Shown in pieces: positions 46,039-60,466 of a stretch of 64,000 nucleotides of DNA. The stretch comes from Thermoproteota archaeon (lineage in GTDB: Archaea > Korarchaeota > Korarchaeia > Korarchaeales > Korarchaeaceae), in contig JALSOH010000004.1 in assembly GCA_026986575.1 (NCBI GenBank), positions 96,001 to 160,000 of the forward strand, in the 5' to 3' direction. The position numbers and the translations under genes were made by a program. The notes under the pieces are model-generated. The model was not told the DNA's origin, ran no database searches, and saw only the letters and a list, made by a program, of their open reading frames with translations. Positions within the stretch are counted from its first letter, which is position 1; the number at the start of each line of letters is the position of its first letter.

Positions 46039-46459
46039 GCCTATCAGTGAGGTGCGAAGATTGAGCCAAGAGAGAGCTGCCGACCTGAACTTCCTCCAAA
46101 CGCTCTATAGATACCTGCTGGACGAGTACAACAGGTTGAACCTTCTCAAGACAGACTTAGAGAGGACAATAGAGACTCTGAAGGCCCTTAATAAGGCGCA
46201 GGAGGAAGAAGTTGGTCCTCTGATAATTCCCGTTTCGTCTTTCCTGTCCCTCCTAGTGGACGGGGTTAAGGCCAAGGAGACGCTCGTTCTCATGGGCGGC
46301 AACATATATGCTAAAATGGGGCCCGAGGAGGCATTGAAGCAGGCCCAAGAGAGGCTGGAAGAGGTCAACAAGGGCCTTCAGGAGGTGGGCATGAACCTCA
46401 CTAAGGTCCAACTCGAGATAGAGAACCTGCAGAGGGGGACCTCGAGACGTGCTAGGTAG
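46028..46459 (+). CDS. pfdA: Prefoldin alpha subunit
   Basis: Coiled coil-beta hairpins-coiled coil, LIIP, LV.MGG..YA; synteny. Confidence 0.8.
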   Translation: MNHEPISEVRRLSQERAADLNFLQTLYRYLLDEYNRLNLLKTDLERTIETLKALNKAQEEEVGPLIIPVSSFLSLLVDGVKAKETLVLMGGNIYAKMGPEEALKQAQERLEEVNKGLQEVGMNLTKVQLEIENLQRGTSRRAR

Positions 46460-47321
46460 GCTCGTAGACGAATTAACCTCCAGAGGAATTGTGAGGAAAA
46501 AGTGGAGTAGGAAGGATGTTTTCAGGGTATTTGACTCCTTGGAGTTGGAGCTGGTGGCCCAAGGGATCCCCCCTTCCCTAGTGGACAGCCTCAGGGAGGA
46601 GGTGGCCAAGAAGCTGGATGGGGTGGAGACCAAGGGGGATCCAAAGGGGATCGTGAGGAACGCGATCAAATCCGCGATAAGGGGATTGCTCCCTCCTCAA
46701 ATGAGATTGGATGATGTTATCGGGATCAAAGGACTCTATAAGGTCGTGTTCTTCGGGTTCAACGGCGTGGGAAAGTCACTGAGCATCGTCAAGATGGCCA
46801 AACACTTGCAGAGTAAGGGGAAGAGGGTCCTTGTCATCTCGGCCGATACGTACAGGGCTGCAGCGGGCGACCAGCTCGAGGGTTACTGCAGATCTGCCGG
46901 CGTTCCAATGTTCAAGGGTCCAAGGGGCGCCGACCCCGCGGCTGTCGCGTACGACGGTCTCAATATGGCCTCCTCCAAGGGGTACGAGTTCGTCCTCATC
47001 GACACGGCCGGGAGGAACTACCTGAACAAGAACCTCACGGAGGAGCTGAGGAAGGTGGTGAGGATCGTCCAACCGGATCTCAAGGTCTTGGTGGTGGACG
47101 GCATGGCTGGGAATGATGTCCTCAATCAGTGCGATTCCTTCGAGGAGGCTGTCGGTATAGATGCCCTAGTGGTCACTAAGGTGGATGGCTCAGGCCCAGC
47201 CACCCCGCTTGTAGCTTCTCTCCACTCCGGTAAGCCCGTGCTCTTCCTAGGGACCGGCCAGTCCTTCAACGATCTCAGGGATTTCGACCCCGAGGAGGCA
47301 ATAGATTATATCCTCGCATGA
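46449..47321 (+). CDS. ftsY: SRP receptor FtsY (divergent)
   Basis: GFNGVGKS, DTYRAAA, DPAAVAYD, DTAGR, TKVD, GTGQ. Confidence 0.85.
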   Translation: MLGRLVDELTSRGIVRKKWSRKDVFRVFDSLELELVAQGIPPSLVDSLREEVAKKLDGVETKGDPKGIVRNAIKSAIRGLLPPQMRLDDVIGIKGLYKVVFFGFNGVGKSLSIVKMAKHLQSKGKRVLVISADTYRAAAGDQLEGYCRSAGVPMFKGPRGADPAAVAYDGLNMASSKGYEFVLIDTAGRNYLNKNLTEELRKVVRIVQPDLKVLVVDGMAGNDVLNQCDSFEEAVGIDALVVTKVDGSGPATPLVASLHSGKPVLFLGTGQSFNDLRDFDPEEAIDYILA

Positions 47322-47343
47322 CCCCTTATCCCGGTGTCAATCA

Positions 47344-48276
47344 ATGGCCTCGGTGCTGAGGAGGCTCAAGGGAAAGGACTTCCTCACTCTTCTGGATTTC
47401 ACGCCTCTAGAGTTCAAGGCGCTGATCGTCAGATCTAGGGAGCACAAGTGGGGTCTGGTGAGGGGAGACCCCTTAAAGGGCAAGTACGTCGCTGGCATCT
47501 TCGAGAAGCCGTCCACTAGGACTAGGGTCTCCATGTCTGTAGCTACGTTCGATCTGGGAGGAGTGTTCCTAGAGCTCCCCACATCCAGCCTTCAGGTATC
47601 AAGAGGAGAGACCTTAAGGGACACGGCTCAGGTGCTGAGCAGGTTCGTGAACGCCATAGCTGCTAGGGTGAAGTCCCATTCCACCCTAGAGGAACTCGCT
47701 AAGTGGGCCGACGTACCAGTGATCAACATGCTGAGCGACAAGTTCCACCCCCTTCAAGCCCTGACCGATGTGTTCACCATGATTGAGTTCTTCGGGGAGA
47801 GGAAGTTGAAGGTCGTCTTCCTAGGAGATGGGGCTGCCAACACGAACCACAGCCTCATGATAGCCTCAGCATTGGTGGGATACGACTATGTCGTGGGAGC
47901 GCCTCAGGAGTACTGGCCGGACAAGGGCATAGTGTCTAAGGTAGAGGAGATCATGGAGGAAACAGGGGGCGCATTGAGGGTGGTGGAGGATCCTGTCGAG
48001 GCCGTTAGGGAGGCCGACGTGATCTACACGGACACATGGTTCTCCATGGGTGTGAAGGACATAGAGAGGAGGAAGAATGTATTCCCGCCCTATCAGGTGA
48101 ACTCCAAGCTACTGAGCCACGCTGCTCCTCATGTAAAGGTGATGCATTGCCAGCCTTGGTTCTTGGGACAGGAGATAACCGAAGAAGTCGCCTATGGGCC
48201 TCATTCCATAGCGTTCGAGCAGGCGGAGAACAGGCTCCACACGGCGAAAGCCGTGCTGGAGGCTCTCCTCATATAA
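47344..48276 (+). CDS. argF: Ornithine carbamoyltransferase
   Basis: FEKPSTRT, HPLQ, YTDTWFSMG, MHCQP, QAENR. Confidence 0.88.
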   Translation: MASVLRRLKGKDFLTLLDFTPLEFKALIVRSREHKWGLVRGDPLKGKYVAGIFEKPSTRTRVSMSVATFDLGGVFLELPTSSLQVSRGETLRDTAQVLSRFVNAIAARVKSHSTLEELAKWADVPVINMLSDKFHPLQALTDVFTMIEFFGERKLKVVFLGDGAANTNHSLMIASALVGYDYVVGAPQEYWPDKGIVSKVEEIMEETGGALRVVEDPVEAVREADVIYTDTWFSMGVKDIERRKNVFPPYQVNSKLLSHAAPHVKVMHCQPWFLGQEITEEVAYGPHSIAFEQAENRLHTAKAVLEALLI

Positions 48277-48289
48277 ATCTTTCTCAGTC

Positions 48290-48300
48290 AACTTTATATA
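48290..48300 (+). promoter_or_regulatory. Probable TATA box of the rRNA operon
   Basis: aacTTTATATA upstream of the structured rRNA leader. Confidence 0.5.
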
Positions 48301-48534
48301 GCTACGTGACCACTAATCTGATTGGCCACGGTTGACCCGGTGGCGGTCCCGAGGAGATGAAGGGGGAGACCCCGATCGGGTGAGGGATCGTCTTTCCGAC
48401 CGTGGCGACAGTGTGCGTACGTTGTGTACGGTCATGTGAGCACGAGGAAACGTCAGATCCCTCGCGCTCAAGAGAGTCCGGATGTCCCCACGAATGGTGG
48501 GTGGCGGTTTTGGGAGGCCTTGCGGCCGTATGCG

Positions 48535-50041
<1,507 letters not shown>

Positions 50042-50226
50042 ATTATAATACCAATACCAAGGCCTTCTGGGCCACCCACCCGTGATAGGGACATCCGGAC
50101 TCTCAGTCGGATGATGCTCCGGAGGCGCCACCTCCGGAGTTGAGGCGCAAATCCCGTTAGTTGCCCGCTAACGGGAAATGTGCGCCCCGCATAGTTGGCG
50201 ACGCTACAGGCTGGCGCTAGGTCGTT

Positions 50227-53250
<3,024 letters not shown>

Positions 53251-53470
53251 ACCGACCTAGCGCCAGCCGGCGTAATCGCCAACTATGCGGGGCGCGTTCG
53301 TTTTCACACATATATCCATGGAAAACTTTCCTTTCCTAGAGTCTAGGGTCTTTCTAAAAGCTGTTTCGAGCTTTACCCATTTCGTTAACTTCAAGGATTT
53401 ATTTCATTATTATCTCATAATTAAAGGGAAACTTATATTTCTCCCCCCCCCCAGAATCAGGGTGATCATA

Positions 53471-53773
53471 TTGAAGATATATGGGATTGAAAGAGAGGTA
53501 TTTGCACTTTCTCTCGCAATCCTGTTAATACTGCCGTTAGTAGCCAGTATACCAAACTCCATGGGTGTCTGGATAGGGACCTATGTAAGAACGTGGTCTG
53601 TGAAGCGTGCTCACAGGATGGCTAGCTGGGCGCTTGATCAGATTACCGATCCCATCGGATGGGCAATAGGACACCATACTTGGTACACACGCCTCGCATC
53701 TATCGCACTCATAGCTTATACTGGCATTGGACCTTATTACGCGGCATTCACGATAGGATTCACTGTAGGGTGA
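53471..53773 (+). CDS. Putative circular bacteriocin-like (archaeocin) precursor, 100 aa
   Basis: TTG start after GGTGAT SD; hydrophobic leader ending ..IPN, Trp/Gly/Ala-rich core; GTGA overlap with SpoIIM-like gene. Confidence 0.6.
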   Translation: MKIYGIEREVFALSLAILLILPLVASIPNSMGVWIGTYVRTWSVKRAHRMASWALDQITDPIGWAIGHHTWYTRLASIALIAYTGIGPYYAAFTIGFTVG

Positions 53774-54312
53774 CAGAAATTATTAGAACATCCTGTTTAC
53801 CCGAGTTTTTTATTCTAATCATTTATCTATCATCGTTTGTTGTAGGTACATGGCACACCTTTAACGAAAATGGCGCTCGGGATGGATCCTTCCATCTGAA
53901 GGATGTTAAAAATATTAATATAGATTACCTCGATTTCTTCAGGATGGTATTGTTAAATAATTTAGTGGCAGGTATCTTAATCATTGTGGGAGGATGGTTG
54001 TTCTGCATACCGACTCTCTTAGTCCCCATAGCTTCGGGTTACTTTGCTGGGCTTTACTTTGGAGCTGCTTACAGAGCTTATGGACTCTTCATTTCCTTAA
54101 TTTTGTACATTCCCATGCCCTTGGAGATAGCCGCCATAGTTATCCTAGGTCATGTATCCTTCAAGCTATGTAAGGAGAATCTCAGGAGATTAAGGGGAAA
54201 CGACTCGGATGCTCCTTTGCTCAGAGGCCATATTAAATCTATCACATACGGTATTTTCCTCATAGTTGTAGGTGCTGTGATCGAGACAGTTATTCAATTC
54301 TACATCGGTTAA
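53770..54312 (+). CDS. SpoIIM/DUF95-like membrane protein
   Basis: LNNL...G....IPT.....G...G, P..LEI.A, GAVIET motifs typical of the stage II sporulation M family. Confidence 0.75.
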   Translation: MTEIIRTSCLPEFFILIIYLSSFVVGTWHTFNENGARDGSFHLKDVKNINIDYLDFFRMVLLNNLVAGILIIVGGWLFCIPTLLVPIASGYFAGLYFGAAYRAYGLFISLILYIPMPLEIAAIVILGHVSFKLCKENLRRLRGNDSDAPLLRGHIKSITYGIFLIVVGAVIETVIQFYIG

Positions 54313-54342
54313 ATTCATGAATGAGATCGCCGAGGGAGATTT

Positions 54343-54936
54343 ATGAGGCTATTCTTTTCCTTCATGCTAGTGCTTCTCACGGGAATCATGGTACACCTTT
54401 ACTTCACTATGCCGTTCTTAAAGCCTAGTACCTCCACATACGCCGAAATGGATGTCCGCATTATAAGGGGATCTTTCCTACTCACTCCGGTATTTTCCAG
54501 CCTCATAGTCGTCCTGATATGGGCTGTGGAATCTTCTTTAGCCTCGCTCGTCATCAGAAGATCGGTGAGAGGGGCGGAAAGGTCCCACATAAATTTAGGC
54601 GTCATAATGAGCGAATTTTCCTTGGGATACGTTCCTGAATTTATCTTCCTCCTCATAATAGTCCCGCTCGTATGGTTCAACCTCCCTGAATACACAGTGA
54701 CCTCTGTGAAGGAGCTTATTAACGCATCTAAGAGCCTAGGAGAGTCTCCATTATACGTAAACGGGATGCTCGCTCTGATTGCTGTATCCATATCTCGCTA
54801 TCCCATATACGCAGCCATACTCAGATACAGATTGGATATAGGATGGAGGGAGACCCTCACTATCATCGCCCTGCTTATCATTGTTGATACACTCATAGCT
54901 TTGTGGGGAGGAGGGTTCGACTTAGGTAGGGGGTGA
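54343..54936 (+). CDS. Yip1-like multi-pass membrane protein
   Basis: About 5 TM segments, LGYVP motif; position in cluster. Confidence 0.55.
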   Translation: MRLFFSFMLVLLTGIMVHLYFTMPFLKPSTSTYAEMDVRIIRGSFLLTPVFSSLIVVLIWAVESSLASLVIRRSVRGAERSHINLGVIMSEFSLGYVPEFIFLLIIVPLVWFNLPEYTVTSVKELINASKSLGESPLYVNGMLALIAVSISRYPIYAAILRYRLDIGWRETLTIIALLIIVDTLIALWGGGFDLGRG

Positions 54937-54943
54937 GTTAGGC

Positions 54944-55591
54944 ATGAGAACTGAAGATAACCTCATCTTAGAGGTTAAAAGGATAAGTAAAAGGCTCGGG
55001 AAGAGACAGGTGTTAGCAGATGTGAGCTTCGACGTGAGGAATGGAGAGGTAGTCCTCATAAGGGGGCCCAATGGGTCGGGAAAGACGACGCTTCTAAGAA
55101 CCATTGCTGGGGTGTTTAGACCAGATTCCGGTCGAGTACTCCTATTGGGAAGGGATATTCACGAGGATATGGGTGTGAGGAGAGAAATCAGCTACTGTCC
55201 TGAGAGGCTAGGCCTTCTTGGGGATTACACAATCGAGGATAACATGATGTTCTTTACCAAAGTGTTCGGGAGATCGTTCGACGAGCACAGATTTAGAGAC
55301 TACGTGAAAGGGTTTCGGCTCGAGGGATACTCGGATGACAAGATATCCAAGCTCTCGGCTGGGACTAGGAAGAAGGTGGCTATCATCAGGACTCTCGTCT
55401 TCCCGGCTAGGCTGTACCTGCTTGACGAACCACTAGCTAACCTAGACGAGGAGAGCGTGAGCTTTTTAATTGAGGAAATTAGGAGAATGGCCGATCTAGG
55501 ATCTTCCTTCCTGATATCTTCTCACATAGAGTTCCCGGCTGCTGATCGTGAATTAGAGATGAGAGGTGGGGGACTTGTCGAGGTTAGGTGA
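54944..55591 (+). CDS. ABC transporter ATP-binding protein
   Basis: GPNGSGKTT, LSAG, YLLDEP, SSH. Confidence 0.93.
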   Translation: MRTEDNLILEVKRISKRLGKRQVLADVSFDVRNGEVVLIRGPNGSGKTTLLRTIAGVFRPDSGRVLLLGRDIHEDMGVRREISYCPERLGLLGDYTIEDNMMFFTKVFGRSFDEHRFRDYVKGFRLEGYSDDKISKLSAGTRKKVAIIRTLVFPARLYLLDEPLANLDEESVSFLIEEIRRMADLGSSFLISSHIEFPAADRELEMRGGGLVEVR

Positions 55592-56309
55592 CCTAATAGC
55601 GGGTCACCTCTACCTAATGGGTGGATTGACCAATGTCAGGGAGATCTTCGTGTTCTTGAGCCCACAGATCCTGTTTTTGGCACTAGCTGAGGTCATAGCA
55701 GGATCCAGGACGTATACAGAATTATTGATGGTTACTTCGTTGCTTGAGAGTTTTTCCTTAGTCATTACGTATATTCTCCTTGGTATCGTGGTGCCGGGGA
55801 GGCTAATCAGATTAAGCTACTCGATGAGAGATGCCGGAATGATGGAGATATTCCTGAATCAGGGGGTTGGATTGGATCAGGTATTGCTGTCTCTCTGGAT
55901 CGGTTCGTCCCTAAAATACTCCTTATACGTGATTGCAGGAAGCCTGATAGCCCTGCTCTCTTTATACCTAGCTGGATGGATGACAGTAGTCGAATTCCTA
56001 ACGGCATTGGGCGTGATCGCCGTCATGGTCACACTCTTCTCGGCAATTTGCATTACCCTATCTCTTATCCTTCCTCCCAGTGAAGCTCAATACTGGTCTC
56101 AATTAGTCTTTTTCCTGATCTTCGGATATTTATACTTAGGTTTCCTCAATCCCCGGAATTACAATGATATCGTGAGGCTCTTCTTGGGCGGATACTTAAA
56201 CCCCATGTCGCTGGGTGGAGGGGCCATAGCAACCTTTCTCGTAATAGTTTTACTGATAGGATTATCTGAGGAGAGGGGGGATATTATTGAAATTGATGAG
56301 GTTAAATAA
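55575..56309 (+). CDS. ABC-2-type permease-like membrane protein
   Basis: About 6 TM, RDAGMMEIFL motif resembling the ABC-2 E..G..E.LL. Confidence 0.65.
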   Translation: MSRLGDLIAGHLYLMGGLTNVREIFVFLSPQILFLALAEVIAGSRTYTELLMVTSLLESFSLVITYILLGIVVPGRLIRLSYSMRDAGMMEIFLNQGVGLDQVLLSLWIGSSLKYSLYVIAGSLIALLSLYLAGWMTVVEFLTALGVIAVMVTLFSAICITLSLILPPSEAQYWSQLVFFLIFGYLYLGFLNPRNYNDIVRLFLGGYLNPMSLGGGAIATFLVIVLLIGLSEERGDIIEIDEVK

Positions 56310-56973
56310 TCTAAATGCCCAAATCACCTTGGAATTGACTTTGCTTGTAAGGGGTAGGGGAAAGAGGATCGGGTGGTTAATTAGGGTACTCGTGGTCTCC
56401 ATGGCTGTGCTGTCGCTGGGTCTGCTAAGCTCACTGGAGTTGGGTAATCTCAAAAACATTTACCTATCACTCCCGGGTGTATGGCTCCTGTCTTCGGCCT
56501 TGATGATGGATAATACGGTCGAGATAAAGAATAGCGGTCTTGCTGAGATTTTGCTCCAGACATATGGGCCTTCATATTTGGGTGTGAGGTATCTCCTATA
56601 TACTGTGGTAACGATACTCCTATCAATATCCTTTATTTTGCTGGGAGGCTCTGTAGTTTCACTGATGGTTGGGATAGGATTATCGGGTTTGGATGCCATT
56701 TCCTTGCTATCTCTCTCCGTCATAGGTTCAACGGCTTTAATGACCGTTACAGTCTTATTATCGGTGAAAATTGGTGGCCTGAGGTTATTAGACACCTTTT
56801 CCCTAGCAAGTGGCGGACTTACCCTCCTCCTGATCATTTCCATGCCTTCTATATTGGAGGCGCTTAATCAAGAGTTGTTTGTTTGTATGTTGCTCGCTGG
56901 GACATTCTCCATAGCTGTTCTGACTATAGTGTACCTTAAGAGGCATGACTTTCCGGCATTATTAACAATCTAG
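56296..56973 (+). CDS. ABC-2-type permease-like membrane protein
   Basis: About 6 TM, EIKNSGLAEILL motif. Confidence 0.65.
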   Translation: MRLNNLNAQITLELTLLVRGRGKRIGWLIRVLVVSMAVLSLGLLSSLELGNLKNIYLSLPGVWLLSSALMMDNTVEIKNSGLAEILLQTYGPSYLGVRYLLYTVVTILLSISFILLGGSVVSLMVGIGLSGLDAISLLSLSVIGSTALMTVTVLLSVKIGGLRLLDTFSLASGGLTLLLIISMPSILEALNQELFVCMLLAGTFSIAVLTIVYLKRHDFPALLTI

Positions 56974-58074
56974 TGTCTCGATATTTCCCCTCATGTTCTT
57001 CCCTTCATCTTATATTAGGTTAAAGCATCCGAAGGGCTTGAGAAATTAGAAAATTCGAAGAGATTAGGACTTCTAAGGATCCAATCAAGTATAATTTGAG
57101 GAGAACCCTTAGTCGGAGTGACAGTCAAGAACTCAGTATTGTTCTCCTCACCTGAATTCTCTGGAGATTGTTTCGGCAGTACTGTAAATATTTTAACCGG
57201 TTTAAGCCTAATTAGGCGTCCAAGTGAATATTAGGTGGTTAAGGATCATGAGCGAGATGATGATCTTCTATCCTCTCACTTCGATCCTAACAGCATTGTT
57301 CGTAGAACAGAGGCCGCTTGATAATTTTTTATGTTTTTTTATTACTTTTTAGACGATACTATGCGAAGAAATCAAATTATGCGCGTGGTAAAATAATTAA
57401 AAAAGAAATCTTATTTCTTCAGACTTTTTGGAAAAATTACTTCTAAAGAAAATGCCAAAAAATGTGTTAAAAATTAGATACCTTCAACATCTCTTCTTTA
57501 GGAGCAGAGGTGCTTCTCGCCCCAAACACCTAATTTGCATCGATAATACCTTTTTAAGTGGCCTAGGCAGCCACTTGCTTAGTCGAGAATATGCTTTTTA
57601 TTTTGCACCATTTTTTGGTGATGCGTTGCGATAGCGCATATACACTATGTCACCACCTACTATTGGACCTACCCGCATTAGTTACTAATGCGAGCTGGTA
57701 GAGCTCTCGGTGTTTCAGCAAAATTGTTGTATATAGCTCGAGGATCCTTTGGGCCGTTAATCTTGCTAGAGAAGCACTATAATTTACAAAGTTGATGTCC
57801 TTCAGATGGCTTCAGCCAAATATGTCGAGTCAGAAAGGCTCTTAGCCAAGGATGGGGCTGCATGAGTGGCTACCAATAAAGGGATTAACTAACGAATGCA
57901 AGCCTCCGTCTCCGAAGGCCGAGGATACGAAAACTGTGTTTCCAGTAGAAACCATCAAATGGAAGCCACCACACAAATGATAATCTTCTAGATATCAACA
58001 TTGATAACTTGGAAGCTTCCTACTAGGAAAAGGCTAATTGGCTCATAAAGCCATATTTGACATGGGTGTAGGGA

Positions 58075-58275
58075 TTGTCTAAAGCCATATGGGTGAAGTA
58101 TGAGAAGGGGGTATTGAAGCCTCTGGAGGAGCTAGACCTCCCTGAGGGCGAGGTATTGCTTGTAAAGTTAATTGGGACACAATTGGCAGAGAAGGTATTT
58201 GGTTCCATAAAGGTCGATAAGGAGAGGCTCGAGCACTTTCTGAGGGAAGCTGAAGATGAGTTCGGTGTTTATTGA
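58075..58275 (+). CDS. Antitoxin, AF2212/DUF104 family
   Basis: YEKGVLKPLE.LDLPEG. Confidence 0.9.
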   Translation: MSKAIWVKYEKGVLKPLEELDLPEGEVLLVKLIGTQLAEKVFGSIKVDKERLEHFLREAEDEFGVY

Positions 58276-58690
58276 TAGTAATGTATTCATTAAATACTTT
58301 GCTGGTGACATAGAGGCTAGGAGGCTCTTAGAACCGATAATTTACGGAGATATGCAGGGCTACATTAATAACGTAATTTTCTCAGAAGTACTCTTCATTT
58401 CAGTAAAGCTTCTCACGGGAAGGAAAGCTTACGAATTAAAGAAGAATCCGGAAATAATCAAGAATATATTCGATAAAATAACGGATTACGTTCTCTTCCT
58501 ACGGCAATACTTCAAAGAGTTAGAGATAAATGAAGAGATAAAGCAATCGGCGTATGAAATAATCAGAGACTACGGGCTACTACCCAACGACTCCTTAATC
58601 GCGGCAACATGCAAACACTACGGCATAGATACCATAGTGACTTTTGATGTAGATTTCAGGCGTATACCGTGGCTCAACGTAGTTCCCTAG
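58256..58690 (+). CDS. vapC: VapC PIN-domain toxin
   Basis: FIDSNVF, SEV, YGLLPNDSLIAATC, TFD.DF. Confidence 0.93.
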   Translation: MSSVFIDSNVFIKYFAGDIEARRLLEPIIYGDMQGYINNVIFSEVLFISVKLLTGRKAYELKKNPEIIKNIFDKITDYVLFLRQYFKELEINEEIKQSAYEIIRDYGLLPNDSLIAATCKHYGIDTIVTFDVDFRRIPWLNVVP

Positions 58691-59320
58691 GTTTAGGTTT
58701 AGCTGATGAGTCCTAAGCTAGGAGGATATGCGGGAATGAGGCGGTGCAATGAGCACGTCCTGCCTCTTTTATTAGTGTGGTTATGGATGTTCATCGGTTT
58801 TGTTGTCACCAGCATTTTGTTAGCTATATTAAAAGGGTGTAGTTCACTTCAGAGCGTATCATCGAATTGTATAGCAATGAGCCCTACTTAGCGGTTTACG
58901 GCGAGATAACTAGTATGGGAGGGTTACCTCTCCCATCTCAATCCTATGTGGAGACAGTTTCACGATGTATGGTTTTAGAAGGCAGGGAATGCTCTGAGGA
59001 GCTTAGGGTTATTATCTATATTTGCCATTGTCATGTCAACATTGAGAACCATGCGGAGCGACTGATCCTTTGAGAGCTTTAACCTAAAGTTCCCCCTTAA
59101 TGTTTGGTATGCAGTATTGGGTGTCTTAGCTTACGGTTCTCTAGAGATTTTCTTTGTGGTATGGCTTATAGTAAATGTCTATAGGGTACCTAATAAGTGT
59201 GGAAGGTTATTATCTCATGAGCTACTCATCACTGCTACAATACTTAGTTTGTCGCATTTGGTACTATCCCCTGCAGGTGGAGATCAACGAGAAGGCTGGT
59301 GGGAAGGATTACCCCGTAAG

Positions 59321-59743
59321 TTATGGTCTACTCCCTTCTCCTCAGCCCACTTGATCAGCGATAATGCAAGCTTTTCTATGTCACTGTAGAGCTTATCCTC
59401 CAAGATTTTCCTCACGATATAAAGATCCACAGACTAATACTGATTGATCACAACGTTCCTGAATCTTATGATCTTCCTGAACAGCTCAGCCTCGGGATCG
59501 CTCAGGCAGCTCTCCCGTTTCAGGATCTGAGGGATTCCTATAACTCTAGGGGACAGCAGCTCCAACCTTCGAGGCTGTATGAGCCGTCAGAGCTATGAAC
59601 GCTTGAGATGCTAACTGGAGGGCGTGTAGAGCTGATAGAAGGAGAAACTTATCCTTTAAAATAGCGATTCCGTGTCTCTGAATCCCCTCATCCAGTAACT
59701 CGGTGCCCTCCCTGATGACTTATAGGAGCCTCTCGTTTCTCAT
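59321..59743 (-). pseudogene. Degraded DUF86/HepT-type HEPN RNase
   Basis: MRNERLL*VIREG...LHALQLASQA...P*SY / FRKIIRFRNVVINQY*SVD; three stops and one frameshift. Confidence 0.75.
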
Positions 59744-59900
59744 CTCAGATCCCTCTCCGCGGCCTTTAAGAACTTCCTCCTGAGGTCCAACTTCTCCCTG
59801 AAGACGAGGTAGTCTAGGTATTGGGAGAGGATCCTTCTCTTATTACTCGCTGCAGAGCTGGGGATCCGAGGATCAGAGCGGGATCTCAGATTACAGCGTC
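59740..59900 (-). pseudogene. Probable C-terminal remnant of the cognate MNT antitoxin
   Basis: ...LSQYLDYLVFREKLDLRRKFLKAAERDLR* with ATGA overlap to the HEPN pseudogene; 5' part missing. Confidence 0.45.
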
Positions 59901-59950
59901 GTACAGGAGGCGCGCGCATTCATGCGATAACCCATATGGATCCTCTGCTT

Positions 59951-60466
59951 TTACCCTTCAGCTGAACTCTCTCCGCTTTCTTCACCGCTCCTCTTCTCCT
60001 TCCAAGGTTCTCTTAGTTCTCCTGGCTCTGAGAGCTTATCACCGTACTTGTAGAACAATATGTAGATGAAATAGCTCCCTGCCACTAAGAAGGCAAAGTC
60101 ACGAAGCTCTTTGCCGGGAATTAAGTCTGAGCTAATCCCCAGTCTGATGAGCGTATACGGATAAAGCACTACCATCATAACGTAGAAGGTTATCAGAGAG
60201 AAGAAGACGTATATGAGAGCATATCTCGTTCTCCTTACTTCCAGCATGTAGTAGTCGATCGCACCGATCAGCCCGAAGCTGGTAATTACTATGAGCACTC
60301 CTTCTATAAAAGGTAGATACCTGTTATTCTTACTGGCAACCGGAAAGTATGTAATGAAATGATAGATTAGCATGGCAAAAAGCATAAATATAGTAAATAA
60401 TATCCTCTCTTTGGATGATTTATTTGAACCTCCTACATCTTGAGGCCTTAAGGTACGCATTGACAT
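59951..60466 (-). CDS. 4-TM membrane protein, candidate immunity protein
   Basis: Four hydrophobic segments; overlaps the end of the Cys-rich precursor gene. Confidence 0.65.
   Translation of the reverse strand: MSMRTLRPQDVGGSNKSSKERILFTIFMLFAMLIYHFITYFPVASKNNRYLPFIEGVLIVITSFGLIGAIDYYMLEVRRTRYALIYVFFSLITFYVMMVVLYPYTLIRLGISSDLIPGKELRDFAFLVAGSYFIYILFYKYGDKLSEPGELREPWKEKRSGEESGESSAEG

Noticed and set aside
53285-53470. 62-aa N-terminal extension of the precursor ORF
   Set aside because: Overlaps the rRNA processing stem and promoter-like AT-rich DNA; the SD supports TTG 53471.
58706-59389. Three short plus-strand ORFs
   Set aside because: No motifs or clear SD; probably fragments, and the last is antisense to the HEPN pseudogene.
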